Assembly (NCBI GenBank): GCA_029762535.1
Contig: JARVGK010000014.1
Location: 8,750 to 72,749, forward strand
DNA: 64,000 bases
Direction of reading: 5' to 3'
From: Thermoplasmatota archaeon
GTDB lineage: Archaea > Thermoplasmatota > Penumbrarchaeia > Penumbrarchaeales > Penumbrarchaeaceae
The notes beneath the pieces were generated by a model. It was not told where the DNA came from and searched no databases. It saw nothing but the letters and a program-made list of their open reading frames with translations. Both the position numbers and the translations under genes were made by a program. This document shows positions 29,050-39,166 of this stretch, in pieces; position 1 is the stretch's first letter; every line of letters begins with the position of its first letter.

Positions 29050-29508
29050 ATGGTCAAGGTCTATGTTTGCCCCAGATGCGGCGGCAGGGTCTCCGGGCAG
29101 ATGGGCCCCCCTCCGCCCTGCAGGGAATGCGGGGCCGCTCCCCGGGTCGTCGAGGTGGACGTCGGGGGAAAGGAAGGGGTCCCCAGGTATCTGAACTGGG
29201 CGGGGGCAGCCCTTCTCATCATCTCGGTTATCATATTCGTCCTCTCCGCTCTCTCCATTCTCGTCCTGCCTATATTGGCCCTGCTGGCCCCGGTGGTCTT
29301 GAGCATACTGCTCCTCATTATCTCTCTCTTATTGCAGCGGAGGATCGTCTCCGAGGCCATAAGCCTGTCACAGAGCGAGCTCCCGGGAAAGAAGAGGGTG
29401 GTCAGGTCCTCCTCCCCCGGCAGGGATCGAGGGTATTCAGCCGTCAAGAGTGGCTCTTTGAACGCCGCTCCAAAGGCGAGGGCTGTGAAGATCCCCATCG
29501 ACCGCTGA
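29050..29508 (+). CDS. Zn-ribbon membrane protein with two TM helices
   Basis: CPRCG..CRECG followed by a hydrophobic hairpin. Confidence 0.7.
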   Translation: MVKVYVCPRCGGRVSGQMGPPPPCRECGAAPRVVEVDVGGKEGVPRYLNWAGAALLIISVIIFVLSALSILVLPILALLAPVVLSILLLIISLLLQRRIVSEAISLSQSELPGKKRVVRSSSPGRDRGYSAVKSGSLNAAPKARAVKIPIDR

Positions 29509-29604
29509 TACGATCTCCTAAGATAGTTTTTAATAATCAGTACTGATAACCCACGGGATCCATTATAGGCATTCCATTTGGCCAAGAACGATGGAGGAAA
29601 CACG

Positions 29605-32184
29605 ATGAGGACACACTATGGGTTCATTGGGCTGGCGGCCGCGATCGCATTGTTGATGCTGTTGCCGTCGATCAGCGCTTTCGATACGGGAGGCTCGTCG
29701 AACGACAGGTCCATGATCACGGTCGAGGGAGCATCCGACGAGTTCTTCCTCGACAAGGGCGATATGCCTTTCGTTTGGGATATGATATTCAAAGAGCCAC
29801 GGGTCATGGAGGTCACCCTCAACGTGATCAATCCGAACACCGGTATGGACCATGACATCGACGTCTGGATCTCGAGCCCCGGATCCGACGGCTTCTCGTT
29901 CAAGATAGTGAGGTTCATCGATCCTTCCGGGCAGGAGATCGAAAGGAACGATATCGAGAACGTTGGAGGACATCTGCGGATGAAGGACGTACCCGCCGGG
30001 GGCAGGTTCTCCGTGGTCATGGAGGCCGAATACACCGGCAAGGACGCTGACAGCGAGTTCCCGCTGACCGTGCACGCCTCTCTGGTCGGGAACGATTTCA
30101 CCACATCGAGAACGCTCATTTTCAGGACGTACGAGGGCAGCCATGTCTGGCTCTGGATAGCCCTTGCATCGGCCGTCATCGGACTGGGGGCCGCCTTCAT
30201 CATCGCCAACGGGATCACGAAGAAGGAGGTCGCAGATGAGAAGCTCAAGGAGATATCCGGCTTCATAAAGGAAGGCGCGATGGCCTTCCTCAACGCCGAG
30301 TACAAGGTTATAGCGATCTACATAGTGTCAGTGATAGTCCTTCTGATAGTCCTCTTCGCCGTTCTGGGCATGAGCTGGCTTCTCATACCGGCCTTCATAA
30401 TCGGCGCCTTCTTCTCGGCCATGGCTGGAAACATCGGTATGCGCATAGCGACCATGGCCAACGCCAAGACGGCATGGGAATGCAAGAAGAGCATGAACGC
30501 CGGGTTGAGGGTCGCCTTCAGCTCCGGGGCCGTCATGGGACTGTGCGTGGTCGGCCTTGGTCTATTAGGGGTGACGCTCCTGTATTCGATATGGGGCAAC
30601 GTGGACATGCTCTTCGGCTTCGGTTTCGGGGCTTCCTCCATCGCGCTGTTCGCAAGGGTCGGCGGCGGTATATATACCAAGGCCGCCGATGTGGGCGCCG
30701 ACCTCGTGGGCAAGGTAGAGGCAGGTATTCCCGAGGACGATCCCAGGAATCCAGCGACCATCGCCGACAACGTGGGGGACAACGTCGGGGACGTCGCCGG
30801 CATGGGCGCGGACCTCTTCGAGTCCTACGTCGATTCCATAATAGCCGCCATGGCCCTCGGTATCGCCGGCATCACTCTGCTCGGGGATACGCCGGCCTTC
30901 GGAGGCGCCTCGGGACTGGCCGTGATCCTCCCCATACTGCTCGCGGGCATAGGCATAATCAGCGCCATCATCGGCACCTTCTTCGTCAACGCCAAGGAGG
31001 GTCAGAACCCGCATTCCGCCCTTAACAAGGGCATATACGGAGCGTCCGTCATCATGGGCGTCCTCTCGCTCGTCGTCATGTTCGTCCTCTTCAAGGGAGA
31101 TATGATGGTCATTGGTCCTCTCTTCGGCTCTATGCTAGTGGGATTGGGTGCCGGCATTTTAATCGGAAAGGCGACCGAGTACTACACCTCAGCGGACAAC
31201 AAGCCAACAAGGACGGTGTCCGAGGCCTCCACGAAGGGCGCGGCGACGAACATCATCGCCGGATTGGGGCTTGGCATGCTCTCTACGGTCATACCGGTCC
31301 TCGCCGTCTGCGTGACGATCGTGGTGGCCTTCCTGCTCTCAGGATTGTATGGCATCGCCCTCGCGGCCGTGGGAATGCTCTCGACGCTCGGGATCACTCT
31401 CGCGACGGACACATACGGTCCCGTCGCGGACAACGCCGCCGGGCTCGCCGAGATGGCGGACCTGGGCAAGACGGTCAGGAAGAGGGCCGAGGACTTAGAC
31501 GCTGTGGGGAACACGACCGCTGCGATAGGAAAGGGTTTCGCGATAGGGTCCGCGGGCCTCACCGCGCTTGCGTTGTTCTCAACATACACCCTTCAGGCCA
31601 ACATGGACCTGAGCAAGTTCACTCTCATCAACCCTTACGTGGTGGTCGGCGTGTTCATCGGAGGCCTTCTCCCATTCGTCTTCAGCGCACTTTCGATGAT
31701 GGCTGTCGGGTCGGCGGCCCAGGATATGGTCGAGGAGGTAAGGAGGCAGTTCAAGGAGATCAAGGGCATCATGACCGGTAAGGCTAAGCCCGACTACCAG
31801 AAATGCGTGGAGATCTCCACCAAGGGCGCCATAAGGAAGATGATCCTGCCCTCTCTCATAGCCGTCCTGACCCCCCTTATCGTCGGTATGGTCTCCATAG
31901 AGGCCCTCGGAGGCCTCCTTGCGGGATCGATCGTCACCGGGTTCGTCCTGGCCGTCATGATGGCCAACTCCGGCGGGGCCTGGGACAACGCCAAGAAACA
32001 CATAGAGGCGGGCAACTTCGGCGGCAAGGGATCGGATCCGCACAAGGCGGCGGTCGTGGGCGATACCGTGGGGGATCCGTTCAAGGACACATCCGGCCCC
32101 TCGCTCAACATACTCATCAAGCTCATGTCGATCGTGGCGCTCGTCTTCATACCTCTGTTCCTGTTCATACAGGCACTCTGGTGA
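29605..32184 (+). CDS. hppA: Membrane-integral K+-dependent pyrophosphatase (probably Na+-translocating) with an extra N-terminal extracellular domain
   Basis: GGGIYTKAADVGADLVGKVE, EDDPRNP, DNVGDNVGD, GNTTAA (K+-dependent Ala), DLFESY, GDTVGDPFKDTSGP. Confidence 0.95.
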   Translation: MRTHYGFIGLAAAIALLMLLPSISAFDTGGSSNDRSMITVEGASDEFFLDKGDMPFVWDMIFKEPRVMEVTLNVINPNTGMDHDIDVWISSPGSDGFSFKIVRFIDPSGQEIERNDIENVGGHLRMKDVPAGGRFSVVMEAEYTGKDADSEFPLTVHASLVGNDFTTSRTLIFRTYEGSHVWLWIALASAVIGLGAAFIIANGITKKEVADEKLKEISGFIKEGAMAFLNAEYKVIAIYIVSVIVLLIVLFAVLGMSWLLIPAFIIGAFFSAMAGNIGMRIATMANAKTAWECKKSMNAGLRVAFSSGAVMGLCVVGLGLLGVTLLYSIWGNVDMLFGFGFGASSIALFARVGGGIYTKAADVGADLVGKVEAGIPEDDPRNPATIADNVGDNVGDVAGMGADLFESYVDSIIAAMALGIAGITLLGDTPAFGGASGLAVILPILLAGIGIISAIIGTFFVNAKEGQNPHSALNKGIYGASVIMGVLSLVVMFVLFKGDMMVIGPLFGSMLVGLGAGILIGKATEYYTSADNKPTRTVSEASTKGAATNIIAGLGLGMLSTVIPVLAVCVTIVVAFLLSGLYGIALAAVGMLSTLGITLATDTYGPVADNAAGLAEMADLGKTVRKRAEDLDAVGNTTAAIGKGFAIGSAGLTALALFSTYTLQANMDLSKFTLINPYVVVGVFIGGLLPFVFSALSMMAVGSAAQDMVEEVRRQFKEIKGIMTGKAKPDYQKCVEISTKGAIRKMILPSLIAVLTPLIVGMVSIEALGGLLAGSIVTGFVLAVMMANSGGAWDNAKKHIEAGNFGGKGSDPHKAAVVGDTVGDPFKDTSGPSLNILIKLMSIVALVFIPLFLFIQALW

Positions 32185-32290
32185 TGGACCAGCATAACAC
32201 AACAGCAGCGACACATCCAGTCGGTATGCTGAAAAGATCGGTGGAGGTCCTTGAAGATACAGGCCTGCCTGTCGCTGGCATGTAAGGACC

Positions 32291-32330
32291 AAAAAAAAAA
32301 TATGGGGAGGACCCAGCCTCCCCTTTTATT
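32291..32330. terminator. Probable bidirectional terminator between hppA and rpl12
   Basis: A10 run, then hairpin GGGGAGG-acccag-CCTCCCC, then TTTTATT. Confidence 0.7.
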
Positions 32331-32344
32331 TCTGTTCCGCTATT

Positions 32345-32656
32345 TCAGCCGAACAGGGCACCGAGGCCGGCCATCGCTTCTTCCTCGGATGGTGCCTCTT
32401 CCTCGGGCTCTTCCTTCTTCTCTTCCTTCTTGGGGGCATCCGCAGCGCCCGAAGCGGCCGGGGCCGAAGCGGGAGCGGACGTTATCGCGGTCTTCATGGC
32501 CTCTTCGATGTTCACACCGTCCAACGATGTGACGACGGCCTTGACCCTTGTCGGCTCGACGCTTATCCCGGCGGCCTCGAGGACCTTTGTCAGAGAGGCC
32601 TCATCTATTCCCTTTCCAGCAGAGTGAAGGAGCAGGGCACCGTATATGTATTCCAT
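32345..32656 (-). CDS. rpl12: 50S ribosomal protein P1 (L12)
   Basis: [15 protein letters not shown]; acidic tail ending GLGALFG. Confidence 0.97.
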   Translation of the reverse strand: MEYIYGALLLHSAGKGIDEASLTKVLEAAGISVEPTRVKAVVTSLDGVNIEEAMKTAITSAPASAPAASGAADAPKKEEKKEEPEEEAPSEEEAMAGLGALFG

Positions 32657-32696
32657 GTCTTTTTTCCTCCTTTGTTCTTTGATCTTCTAATAATTC

Positions 32697-33713
32697 TTAC
32701 CCGAACAGGGCTCCGAGCCCGGCCATTGCCTCTTCCTCGGATGGCGCCTCTTCCTCGGGCTCCTCCTTGGCCGACTCGTCCTCCTTTGCGGAGTCTTCCG
32801 CGGCCGGGGCGGGGGCGGCCTGGGCCGCACCCTCCAGGAGAGCCCGCAGCTCATCGTCGAGCGCCTCGGCGCTCATCGCCCGAGCCAGGGCAAGAATGCT
32901 TCCGTAGGCCCTGGAGAGTATGAGGTCCAGGGAATCCTTGTTCAGTATGCCCGCGCCAACGGCCAGGCCGAGCGCCTGTCCCCTTGCGCGAGCAAGTATC
33001 GGTACGATCGTCTGGGGCGTCGGGTATGCTGTGAAAACGGCCAGATTGAAGGCCAGCTGGGCCGCGCTCACCAGGTCCTGCCTGTATGCGTCCATGTCGA
33101 TGTCGAGGTCCTTCGCCTCGAATATCTCGCCATCCTCATATGCTCCGAGAAGCACGATCCCGGCGGTGAAGGGGAATATCTCCAGCTTCGTGAGTATGAG
33201 CGCAAGGTCCCTTTTGATCGTGTCCCCCTTCTTCACCGGGGTAACGGTCTTCTTTATCACCACCTTGCCCTTGTCGATGGCGGCGGGGATCCCCACCTTG
33301 CCCATCTCGCCCACTATCGGTCCGGCCGGGAAGGGCGTCTCCCCGTCCTTGATGATGATGTCCTCGGGGGCGGTCTCGCCGCCCTTGGCCGGCATTGGCT
33401 GCATGTTCTTTTTCAGCAGACCGAACAGCTTGAAGGGGTTCAGGTTCGTGCCCAATACAGCGACCTGGCCGTCGATATGCTCGGAGAGCTTCTCGATGCC
33501 GGCCTTGTTGGCGCTCTCCTCCTTTAGCGCCCTGTCGATGAGCGTCCTCTTGGCGACCTTGATCCTGAGATCGCCACGGACCTGGGCCCTGATCTGCTGC
33601 ATCTGAAAGCCGGGTATCCTGTCCACCTTTACCACGGCCACTGTCCTGTATCCGCTGATGATGCTCCTGAGGTCGGATACTGCGTCGATCTTCCAATCAG
33701 CGATAGATTCCAT
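32697..33713 (-). CDS. rpl10: 50S ribosomal protein L10 (P0)
   Basis: IADWK, NPFKL, AKGGETAPEDI, GETPFPAGP, tail GLGALFG. GAGGTGA SD favours ATG 33713. Confidence 0.96.
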   Translation of the reverse strand: MESIADWKIDAVSDLRSIISGYRTVAVVKVDRIPGFQMQQIRAQVRGDLRIKVAKRTLIDRALKEESANKAGIEKLSEHIDGQVAVLGTNLNPFKLFGLLKKNMQPMPAKGGETAPEDIIIKDGETPFPAGPIVGEMGKVGIPAAIDKGKVVIKKTVTPVKKGDTIKRDLALILTKLEIFPFTAGIVLLGAYEDGEIFEAKDLDIDMDAYRQDLVSAAQLAFNLAVFTAYPTPQTIVPILARARGQALGLAVGAGILNKDSLDLILSRAYGSILALARAMSAEALDDELRALLEGAAQAAPAPAAEDSAKEDESAKEEPEEEAPSEEEAMAGLGALFG

Positions 33714-33718
33714 CCCCA

Positions 33719-34363
33719 TCACCTCATCTTTATCCTCACGGCAGGGCCCATCGTCGTCTTGACGTAGGCCGAGTGTACGTTCATATTGCCCCTCTCGAGC
33801 CTGGATAACACTCGCTTGAGTATGGCCTCCACGTTGTCGGCGATGTCCTCCGGGGGCATCGTCCTTGTGCCCACGGCGACGTGGAAGGTCCTCCTGTCCT
33901 TGCTCCTTATCTTGACGGTCCTTCTAAGGTTCGCAGCCACGGGACCGGGGTCCGAACCCGGAGGGATGGGCCTGGGCATCTTTCCCCTGGGGCCGAGTAT
34001 GACACCGAGGCTCTTACCGATCGGTGCCATGAGCGGGGCCTCGGCGATGAAGAACTCTATGTCGTTGACCATATCCTTGGTGTCCCGCTTCTCCTCCGTG
34101 AGCTTGGATATCTCCTCAGATGGTATGATCATATCGACCGCGTCCTTGGCCTTGGTCGCCATCTCAGGGGTGGCGAATATGCCGATCCTGACATCCTTCC
34201 CCCTGCCTTTCGGAAGTATGATCTCCTCTGCGATCCTGTTCTTGGGATTCGAGAGGTCCACGTCCTTGAGGTTAATGGATAGCTCTACAGATTCGCTGAA
34301 CTTGCGCTCGGGGGCCTTTGACAGGGCCTCCCTTACGGCCTCGATAATCTCTTTTTCCGCCAT
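33719..34363 (-). CDS. rpl1: 50S ribosomal protein L1
   Basis: RKFSESVELSINLKDVD, LGPRGKMPRP, VKTTMGP. Confidence 0.98.
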   Translation of the reverse strand: MAEKEIIEAVREALSKAPERKFSESVELSINLKDVDLSNPKNRIAEEIILPKGRGKDVRIGIFATPEMATKAKDAVDMIIPSEEISKLTEEKRDTKDMVNDIEFFIAEAPLMAPIGKSLGVILGPRGKMPRPIPPGSDPGPVAANLRRTVKIRSKDRRTFHVAVGTRTMPPEDIADNVEAILKRVLSRLERGNMNVHSAYVKTTMGPAVRIKMR

Positions 34364-34376
34364 ATCTTACACCCCG

Positions 34377-34423
34377 TGTAGTTCGGCGGGGGTCCGCACG
34401 GGAGTGCGGAAGCCCCTCCTACA
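34377..34423 (-). promoter_or_regulatory. Putative L1-binding mRNA leader
   Basis: Minus strand UGUAG-GAG-GGG-cu-UCCGCAC-uccc-GUGCGGA-cCCC-CGCCGAA-CUACA: two helices around an asymmetric GAG/GCCGAA loop, 13 nt before the rpl1 start. Confidence 0.65.
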
Positions 34424-34453
34424 TCGGATGATCCGTCAATGAGGGCCCTGCCC

Positions 34454-34930
34454 TCACTGGAGGAGGGCGTTATAATGGCCCTCATTTATAAGCTTTTGTA
34501 CCTCCTTGGGGGATTTGCCGTCCACCTTGATGTGCAGGGAGACAGCGGTACCCAGCACCTCTTTCAGCGCATCCTTGAGCTCCACCCCTAAAAGCGTGTC
34601 CCGCTTCATCTTCGCCACCCTGATCGCCTGTTCCATGCTCAGGTCGGTGCTCGCGCCGGATGCGTTGTCGCCCGGCCCCTTCTCGAGCTTTAGCTCCTTC
34701 ATTATCAATGAGGATGTCGGAGGGGTGCCAACGGTTATCTTGAAATCCTTGGTCTTCGTATCCACTATGACCGTGACCGGCACCTTCATTCCCTGGAAAG
34801 CCTCTGTCTTCTGGTTGATCTCGGCTATGACCTTTCCGATGTTAAGCCCGAGTGGTCCCAATGCGGGTCCGAGCGGCGGCCCTGCCGATGCCTTTCCGCC
34901 GTCGACCAGGACCTCTACCTTCTCTGCCAT
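34454..34930 (-). CDS. rpl11: 50S ribosomal protein L11
   Basis: VDGGKASAGPPLGPALGPLG, GMKVPV, VGTPPTS. Confidence 0.98.
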   Translation of the reverse strand: MAEKVEVLVDGGKASAGPPLGPALGPLGLNIGKVIAEINQKTEAFQGMKVPVTVIVDTKTKDFKITVGTPPTSSLIMKELKLEKGPGDNASGASTDLSMEQAIRVAKMKRDTLLGVELKDALKEVLGTAVSLHIKVDGKSPKEVQKLINEGHYNALLQ

Positions 34931-35074
34931 TTTCATTTCTCCTGACCAGTTCCAAACCGGAGTAAAAGAGGCGTAGGTTGAACTTGTATAAAAAATATGC
35001 CCGCATCGGACGCTCCATCGGGCATCGGGGGCGGTTCAAAAACATATTTAAGCCCGGTGTCCATGGGAAAGGAT

Positions 35075-38000
35075 ATGGAAAGACCCGCCGTGATCATGGC
35101 GTTCGTTGCGATCTTCCTGTTGTTCATCGCATCGGCGGGATATTCAGGACGCTCGGGATCGGCTCCGGACCTGGAGATAACGGCCTTCGACGTAACGGGG
35201 TCCGTGGACGGTTATGCCCTCGCCCTCACCGTCAGGAACAATGGCGTATTCCCCTCGGAGCAGGTGTGGGCATCCGTTTTCGACGAGTCCGACCCGGTAT
35301 CGGGGTCAGGCTCGCAGATAGCAAGGATCAGCATCCCCTCTCTTGATACAGGAAAGGAATTCTCGAGGACGGTCGACTGGTTCCCCTCCTCCGGGGGATC
35401 CCATCGCCTGTGGGCCATCGTTGATGTGGAGAACAGGGGGATGGAGGTCGACAGGATGGACAACGTCGCTTCGATCGACCTTTACCTTCCGGGGATAACC
35501 CATATATCATCCCCGGTGGACGGTGTGATCGACCCCACCTCAATAGGATGGGCGTTCTCGGGCGTGAGCGCAGAGTTCCCCATCGAGATACACTATGGGG
35601 GCGATCCCGATCCGAACAGGGTCAAGGCATACATACAGATCGGGGAGGAGAACGTGGAATACGCTCCCACGGGCCCAGACGGAACATCGAAGGCGCTGAT
35701 CGATCCAGGTACGCTGGACCCGGGCATGCACGAATTGAAGGCCGATGTCACCATATCCGGCCTGAGAATGACGGACAACGGCACCACCTTATCCATCAGA
35801 GAGGTTCCGGAATGGATCTCGTCGATGGGATCCTACAGGGCATATTTCGACCGAGATAAGAAGGAATACGTTTTCACCGGAGTTCACGACGTTCCGACGA
35901 GGTCCGCATCCGTCCCGATCGAGGGCCTGGGGCGATCCGTTCCCTTAACATTGTGTGCCGGAGCATCGGAAGTGTATCTGGAGGTCCGTGTTCTGACCGA
36001 CGGGACCACGACGGTATCCTCCAGGGGTGGCATATCCATCGAGATCGGCGGTGTGGTCAGTACGATAACGATGGAGGGAAGGCACTTCGCAACTGATCCG
36101 GAGGATGACATGATCCTTTCCATGCAGGGAGGCTCCGATATCGCCGCCCATTTGGGCTGGGCTGGAAACGCGGACGGGTCCATCGAGGCATTTCCCGGAG
36201 CGCCTTTCCCCCTCATCGATATGCCGGACGCGAATGGAAAGGCTGGATGTACGATGGACCTGAAGATGGGTTCTGGCGGATTTTCGCTCAGCGCATCGTT
36301 ATCCCTTTCCCTTGAGGGCACTGGCTCACAGGCCCTCTCCGATGCGTCCTGGGGCCTGGATTCGCCCTTTTCTTTGATCGGAACGAGCGTGGAATGGGAA
36401 ACTACCCATATTCTCGATGAAAGAGGCGAATGGTCCTTTCAGGGCGGGGCCGAAGGGAACTCATCCATCTACGCATGGGACATCGGCCTCTCATACGGCG
36501 ATCTCCCGCAGGGGCTCGCTCCGATCTCATCCAGAGGCCTTTCGTTCCTCGATATGGTGGGTGAGAATGCCAGTGCGGTCGTGGTCCCGCAGGAGAAAGG
36601 ATCGATCACCCATGTGACGTATATCGAGGGGGAGAAGGAAATAAGGCTGCACGGCTCGAACCTCTACAAATCCAGCCCCCGCTCGCTCAGGCTTCCCAAT
36701 GGGAACGTCTTCATTTCCTGGACCGAGGCCTCCTCATACTCCTCGGACCCGGTGGAGAGGTATTCATCCCTAAGGGTCATGTACGCCATCCTTGACGTCA
36801 TCAGCGGAGATGTGGAGGGGCCTTTCACGTTCCTGGATTCGACGTGCTTCTCGGCCCGACCCGTCCTGATCGGAAACCCCGGCAGGCCCGCCCTGTTCTA
36901 CCTTGCAGATGGGGATTCCGATCCCGGGACCAGGGATGATATGACGCTCGCGGTCGCGACGTTCAACGGCTCCGGGATCGACGGCATGGATAATTTGACG
37001 GAGGGCGGCATCCTTCGGAGCCTGTCCCCGCTCCGAACGATCGACGGGGATGCGATGATCGCTTGGACCAACGGCACCTACATCGGCATGGCCATGGTGC
37101 GGGAGGATGGGTCCTCCTCGCTCATGAACCCCGTGACGCCTGGAGGAAAGGTGATATCGATAGCGGCGGGTCCGCTCGCGGACGGATCTATAGCCCTGGC
37201 CTATTCTACACTTGGAAAGGGCGATGAACCATGTTCGGTGGAGGTCCTGCGGACGGGGGTCGACGGGACACCGATCTCCGGGCCCATTGTCGTCATGTCC
37301 GGGGAGGGGATCATGGATTCTTTGTCCCTGAGGGGGGATCCCTTCGAAACCCTCTCCCTGTCCTTTCGAGGTTCCCGTCAGGGCGTTGACTCGGTATACA
37401 TCAGCACGGCCAATGCCGAGAACGGTGCCGTGGAATGGCTGCCACCCCTGAAGGCCGCCGCGGAACCCGGGGTCAAGTTATCGGTGGACGCCCTGCCCCT
37501 CGGGGGCGGCGAGTACCTCATCGGATGGATGGTACCCCTCCAAACCCAAGGACGGTCCAACGCATCGATGGAGGGGGATCCGCTCATAATGAGATACGAC
37601 CTGTCCCATGCGGCGGACGTGGAGGGCGCCTCCCATTCCGCCAAGGGCGGCTACGTACCTGGCGACATGATGGTCGTCAGCGCGGAAGTGAGGAACAGGG
37701 GATTCAGGCCCGATACGGAGGTCAGCGTGGAGTTCATCAAGGCTTTGAGGGACCCGCTCACCGGCGAGGTCTCCGGCCAGAGCGCTGGATCAAGAAAGGC
37801 GTTCTTCGATTCTTTGGGGGGTCTCACCTCGGTGGACATCCCTATGCTCGTATCCGAGAACCAGCTGGGGGTACATGTCGTGGTCGTATCCCCGAGATGG
37901 TCCGGTCCCGACCACGAGTCCCATGTGTTCCTTTCCATCCCGGCCGTTGCGGACCCTGTCCTTAAGGATGTGGCCTTTGAGACGATGGATAACGGAACTC

Positions 38001-39166
38001 TGCGCATCGAGGTAAGGATCGATAACAGGGGCTCGCTATCGACCGGCAGCAGACTTCTGAGCGTCATGGGAACGGAGAGGACGCGGCCCGCGGTCCTACC
38101 TGGAAAGTTGTTCGAGCCATCACATCTGAGGCAGTATTCCACATACTCCGCCATAACGTCAACAACGATACACGTCGATCCCCTCGAGAGCAGGGTCCAC
38201 GTGTTCAACGTCAGGCCCGAAGCCGGGGTGAGATATGTCACGGTGGCCCTCGAAGGCCGTCCATGGGAGAACGATATCCTGTCCAATGCAGTTCACAGGC
38301 AGGCGGTGATGCCCTGGATCACGGCAGGGTCCAATATCTCTGGGGTCCGCTATCTCCCATCCGATGACGGGATACGTATAGGGATCGCCAATGAAGGGGG
38401 ATGTTCCCTGCGCGATATCTTGGAGCTCCCCTCCTTCGATGGTCCCGCAGAGATCGGTTCCATGGTCCCTGCCGATTCTTTCCATATCCGGGCAGGGGAT
38501 GCTGTCCTGGCATCCGTGAACGTCACGGACCTCGATCCTGGATCGGTCATACTGACGGTCATCGATGAGGACCTCGGAGGTCTTGCCGGGGATGTGGGCC
38601 GGCTGGAGCTGAGGGGCGAATGGGACGATAGCGCCGTGATGTCCATAGGCCGGACCCCTTCATCCTTTCGTCTGTCTGCGGTCATGCTCCCACCGACACA
38701 GCTGTCGTTCCAGGGCGATGTTCAAGTGGATACCGTGATCAGGACCCACAGGTTCGTTCTGGGCATCAACAACACATCACAGCACTCGGTGAGATGCCTG
38801 GTGCTCAACCTGCACGACGGGATCGCGGGCGAGGGCGAACTCGTGGCCAGCTTGATCATATCCAACCTGGTCCCCGGCGAGGTTCGCAACACCTCCATCC
38901 CGCTGGACCTGGAAGAGGGTGTGTTCTTTCTTCATCTAGAGGTCCTGGAGCTTAACAGGACCGGCAACGGGATTTACGATGTGGTCCTGGCAAGATCTGG
39001 GGAGTTCGTCGTCAAGGACATGGTCCCACCTGACGAAAACGGGGAAAAGGCCAGCAGGGAGGAGGTGGAGAGGTCCCTGATAATCTCAGGGGCCTTGGCG
39101 ACAGCCATCATAGTCCTGGCTTTTATCAACAGGGCCTACGAGGAGACAAAGAAGGGGAAGGAATGA
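35075..39166 (+). CDS. Large cell-surface protein with CARDB-like Ig domains and a C-terminal TM anchor
   Basis: Signal peptide, PDLEIT..VRNNG..WAIVDVEN...E..RMDN, further V.NRG / I.NEG repeats, C-terminal TM. Start may be 35063. Confidence 0.75.
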   Translation: MERPAVIMAFVAIFLLFIASAGYSGRSGSAPDLEITAFDVTGSVDGYALALTVRNNGVFPSEQVWASVFDESDPVSGSGSQIARISIPSLDTGKEFSRTVDWFPSSGGSHRLWAIVDVENRGMEVDRMDNVASIDLYLPGITHISSPVDGVIDPTSIGWAFSGVSAEFPIEIHYGGDPDPNRVKAYIQIGEENVEYAPTGPDGTSKALIDPGTLDPGMHELKADVTISGLRMTDNGTTLSIREVPEWISSMGSYRAYFDRDKKEYVFTGVHDVPTRSASVPIEGLGRSVPLTLCAGASEVYLEVRVLTDGTTTVSSRGGISIEIGGVVSTITMEGRHFATDPEDDMILSMQGGSDIAAHLGWAGNADGSIEAFPGAPFPLIDMPDANGKAGCTMDLKMGSGGFSLSASLSLSLEGTGSQALSDASWGLDSPFSLIGTSVEWETTHILDERGEWSFQGGAEGNSSIYAWDIGLSYGDLPQGLAPISSRGLSFLDMVGENASAVVVPQEKGSITHVTYIEGEKEIRLHGSNLYKSSPRSLRLPNGNVFISWTEASSYSSDPVERYSSLRVMYAILDVISGDVEGPFTFLDSTCFSARPVLIGNPGRPALFYLADGDSDPGTRDDMTLAVATFNGSGIDGMDNLTEGGILRSLSPLRTIDGDAMIAWTNGTYIGMAMVREDGSSSLMNPVTPGGKVISIAAGPLADGSIALAYSTLGKGDEPCSVEVLRTGVDGTPISGPIVVMSGEGIMDSLSLRGDPFETLSLSFRGSRQGVDSVYISTANAENGAVEWLPPLKAAAEPGVKLSVDALPLGGGEYLIGWMVPLQTQGRSNASMEGDPLIMRYDLSHAADVEGASHSAKGGYVPGDMMVVSAEVRNRGFRPDTEVSVEFIKALRDPLTGEVSGQSAGSRKAFFDSLGGLTSVDIPMLVSENQLGVHVVVVSPRWSGPDHESHVFLSIPAVADPVLKDVAFETMDNGTLRIEVRIDNRGSLSTGSRLLSVMGTERTRPAVLPGKLFEPSHLRQYSTYSAITSTTIHVDPLESRVHVFNVRPEAGVRYVTVALEGRPWENDILSNAVHRQAVMPWITAGSNISGVRYLPSDDGIRIGIANEGGCSLRDILELPSFDGPAEIGSMVPADSFHIRAGDAVLASVNVTDLDPGSVILTVIDEDLGGLAGDVGRLELRGEWDDSAVMSIGRTPSSFRLSAVMLPPTQLSFQGDVQVDTVIRTHRFVLGINNTSQHSVRCLVLNLHDGIAGEGELVASLIISNLVPGEVRNTSIPLDLEEGVFFLHLEVLELNRTGNGIYDVVLARSGEFVVKDMVPPDENGEKASREEVERSLIISGALATAIIVLAFINRAYEETKKGKE

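Noticed and set aside
32345-32770. Identical C-terminal tails of L10 and L12 as recent gene conversion
   Set aside because: The shared tail is a known feature of archaeal P0/P1, and the DNA differs at several synonymous sites.
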